Shown here: piece after piece, positions 63,560 to 64,000 of the stretch
Numbering within the stretch: the first letter of the stretch is position 1
Layout of the letters: each line of letters opens with the position of its first letter
Position numbers and translations under genes: made by a program
Source of the DNA: an uncultured Chloroflexia bacterium
GTDB lineage: Bacteria > Chloroflexota > Anaerolineae > CG2-30-64-16
Assembly: GCA_963774265.1 (NCBI GenBank)
Contig: CAVZDU010000002.1
Coordinates: 544,001 to 608,000, forward strand
Direction: 5' to 3'
DNA: 64,000 nt
The notes under the pieces: generated by a model
The model's database searches: none
The model's input: only the letters and a program-made list of their open reading frames with translations
What the model was told of the DNA's origin: nothing

Positions 63560-64000
63560 GAAAGGCCTCCGTGGAGTGTGAGAGTTCCGTGCCATCATCG
63601 CCGATTCGGCCGACGCAGGAAAGGAACCTAGCGGACCAACCCGGTGCCCCGGAATTGGGAGGGAGAGCGCAGTGCATAGGTGCCGGCCCCGGCAGCTCTT
63701 GCCATGCCAGGGCGCGTAGAGTTCACCCGAGAGCACTATAGCTCAACACTCGCAGGCAGAGAAAATCGCCCGACTCCTGCTTCAACGGCGGCCACGCGGA
63801 CCAAAAGGTGACGGACAAGGCCGCCGAGCTCTGTGCGGCCGGACGGGAAGGATAAAGTAGAAGCCTCCTATGAGCCCCGCTACGCTTGCGACGATCCCCG
63901 CGTAGGCCGTGGGTTTATTGAAGAGCCCTCAACGTACCGCTTCTTTCAGTGCGGTCACATTCTGACCTCCTGCCTGGCTGGCGCGGGTTCTTGACAGCGT

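Noticed and set aside
63560-64000. Extra N-terminal 59 codons of the 1883 aa ORF, or another gene at the right edge
   Set aside because: The RBS and signal peptide support a start at 63559; no recognisable coding or RNA feature was found in the remainder.

Overview
GC-rich bacterial DNA, most likely from an anaerobic Chloroflexota (Anaerolineae-like) genome. That assignment is inferred from the Pro/Ala/Thr- and Val/Glu/Lys-rich lipoprotein linkers, a BTAD-AAA-TPR regulator and an LVIVD/beta-helix surface protein. About 29 genes are split by 1-bp indels, including pstS/A/B and fumC, which points to long-read errors rather than gene decay. Left to right: a GH63-like glucosidase (cut by the window edge); a DUF420/GT2/GT-C/two B12-radical-SAM cluster; tal-fumC; folB and a folK-folE fusion; a ~32.6 kb divergent catabolic island (13256-45890); a pstS-arsC-pstCAB-phoU operon with a Pho box; a flavodoxin; an internally deleted Fe-S membrane gene; a BTAD regulator; a tautomerase; an IS5 relic; and a ~1825 aa secreted repeat protein. 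The island is the main finding. It is driven by back-to-back sigma70 promoters that share a candidate GntR operator, and both arms end in near-identical hairpins. It combines a sugar-type ABC importer, polyol dehydrogenase/kinase/aldolase enzymes, two pyrrolysine-free corrinoid methyltransferase modules (MttB- and MtmB-family), a pterin-binding methyl acceptor, an orphan divergent archaeal-type formyltransferase (Ftr), an orphan GcvH, and an Xdh/PreA-like/AOR/YgeW/YgeY/SsnA set resembling anaerobic purine breakdown. I infer an undescribed anaerobic pathway for an N-methylated heterocycle carrying a sugar or polyol group; the substrate cannot be determined from sequence. All family calls come from motif recognition and remembered reference sequences, not database searches.
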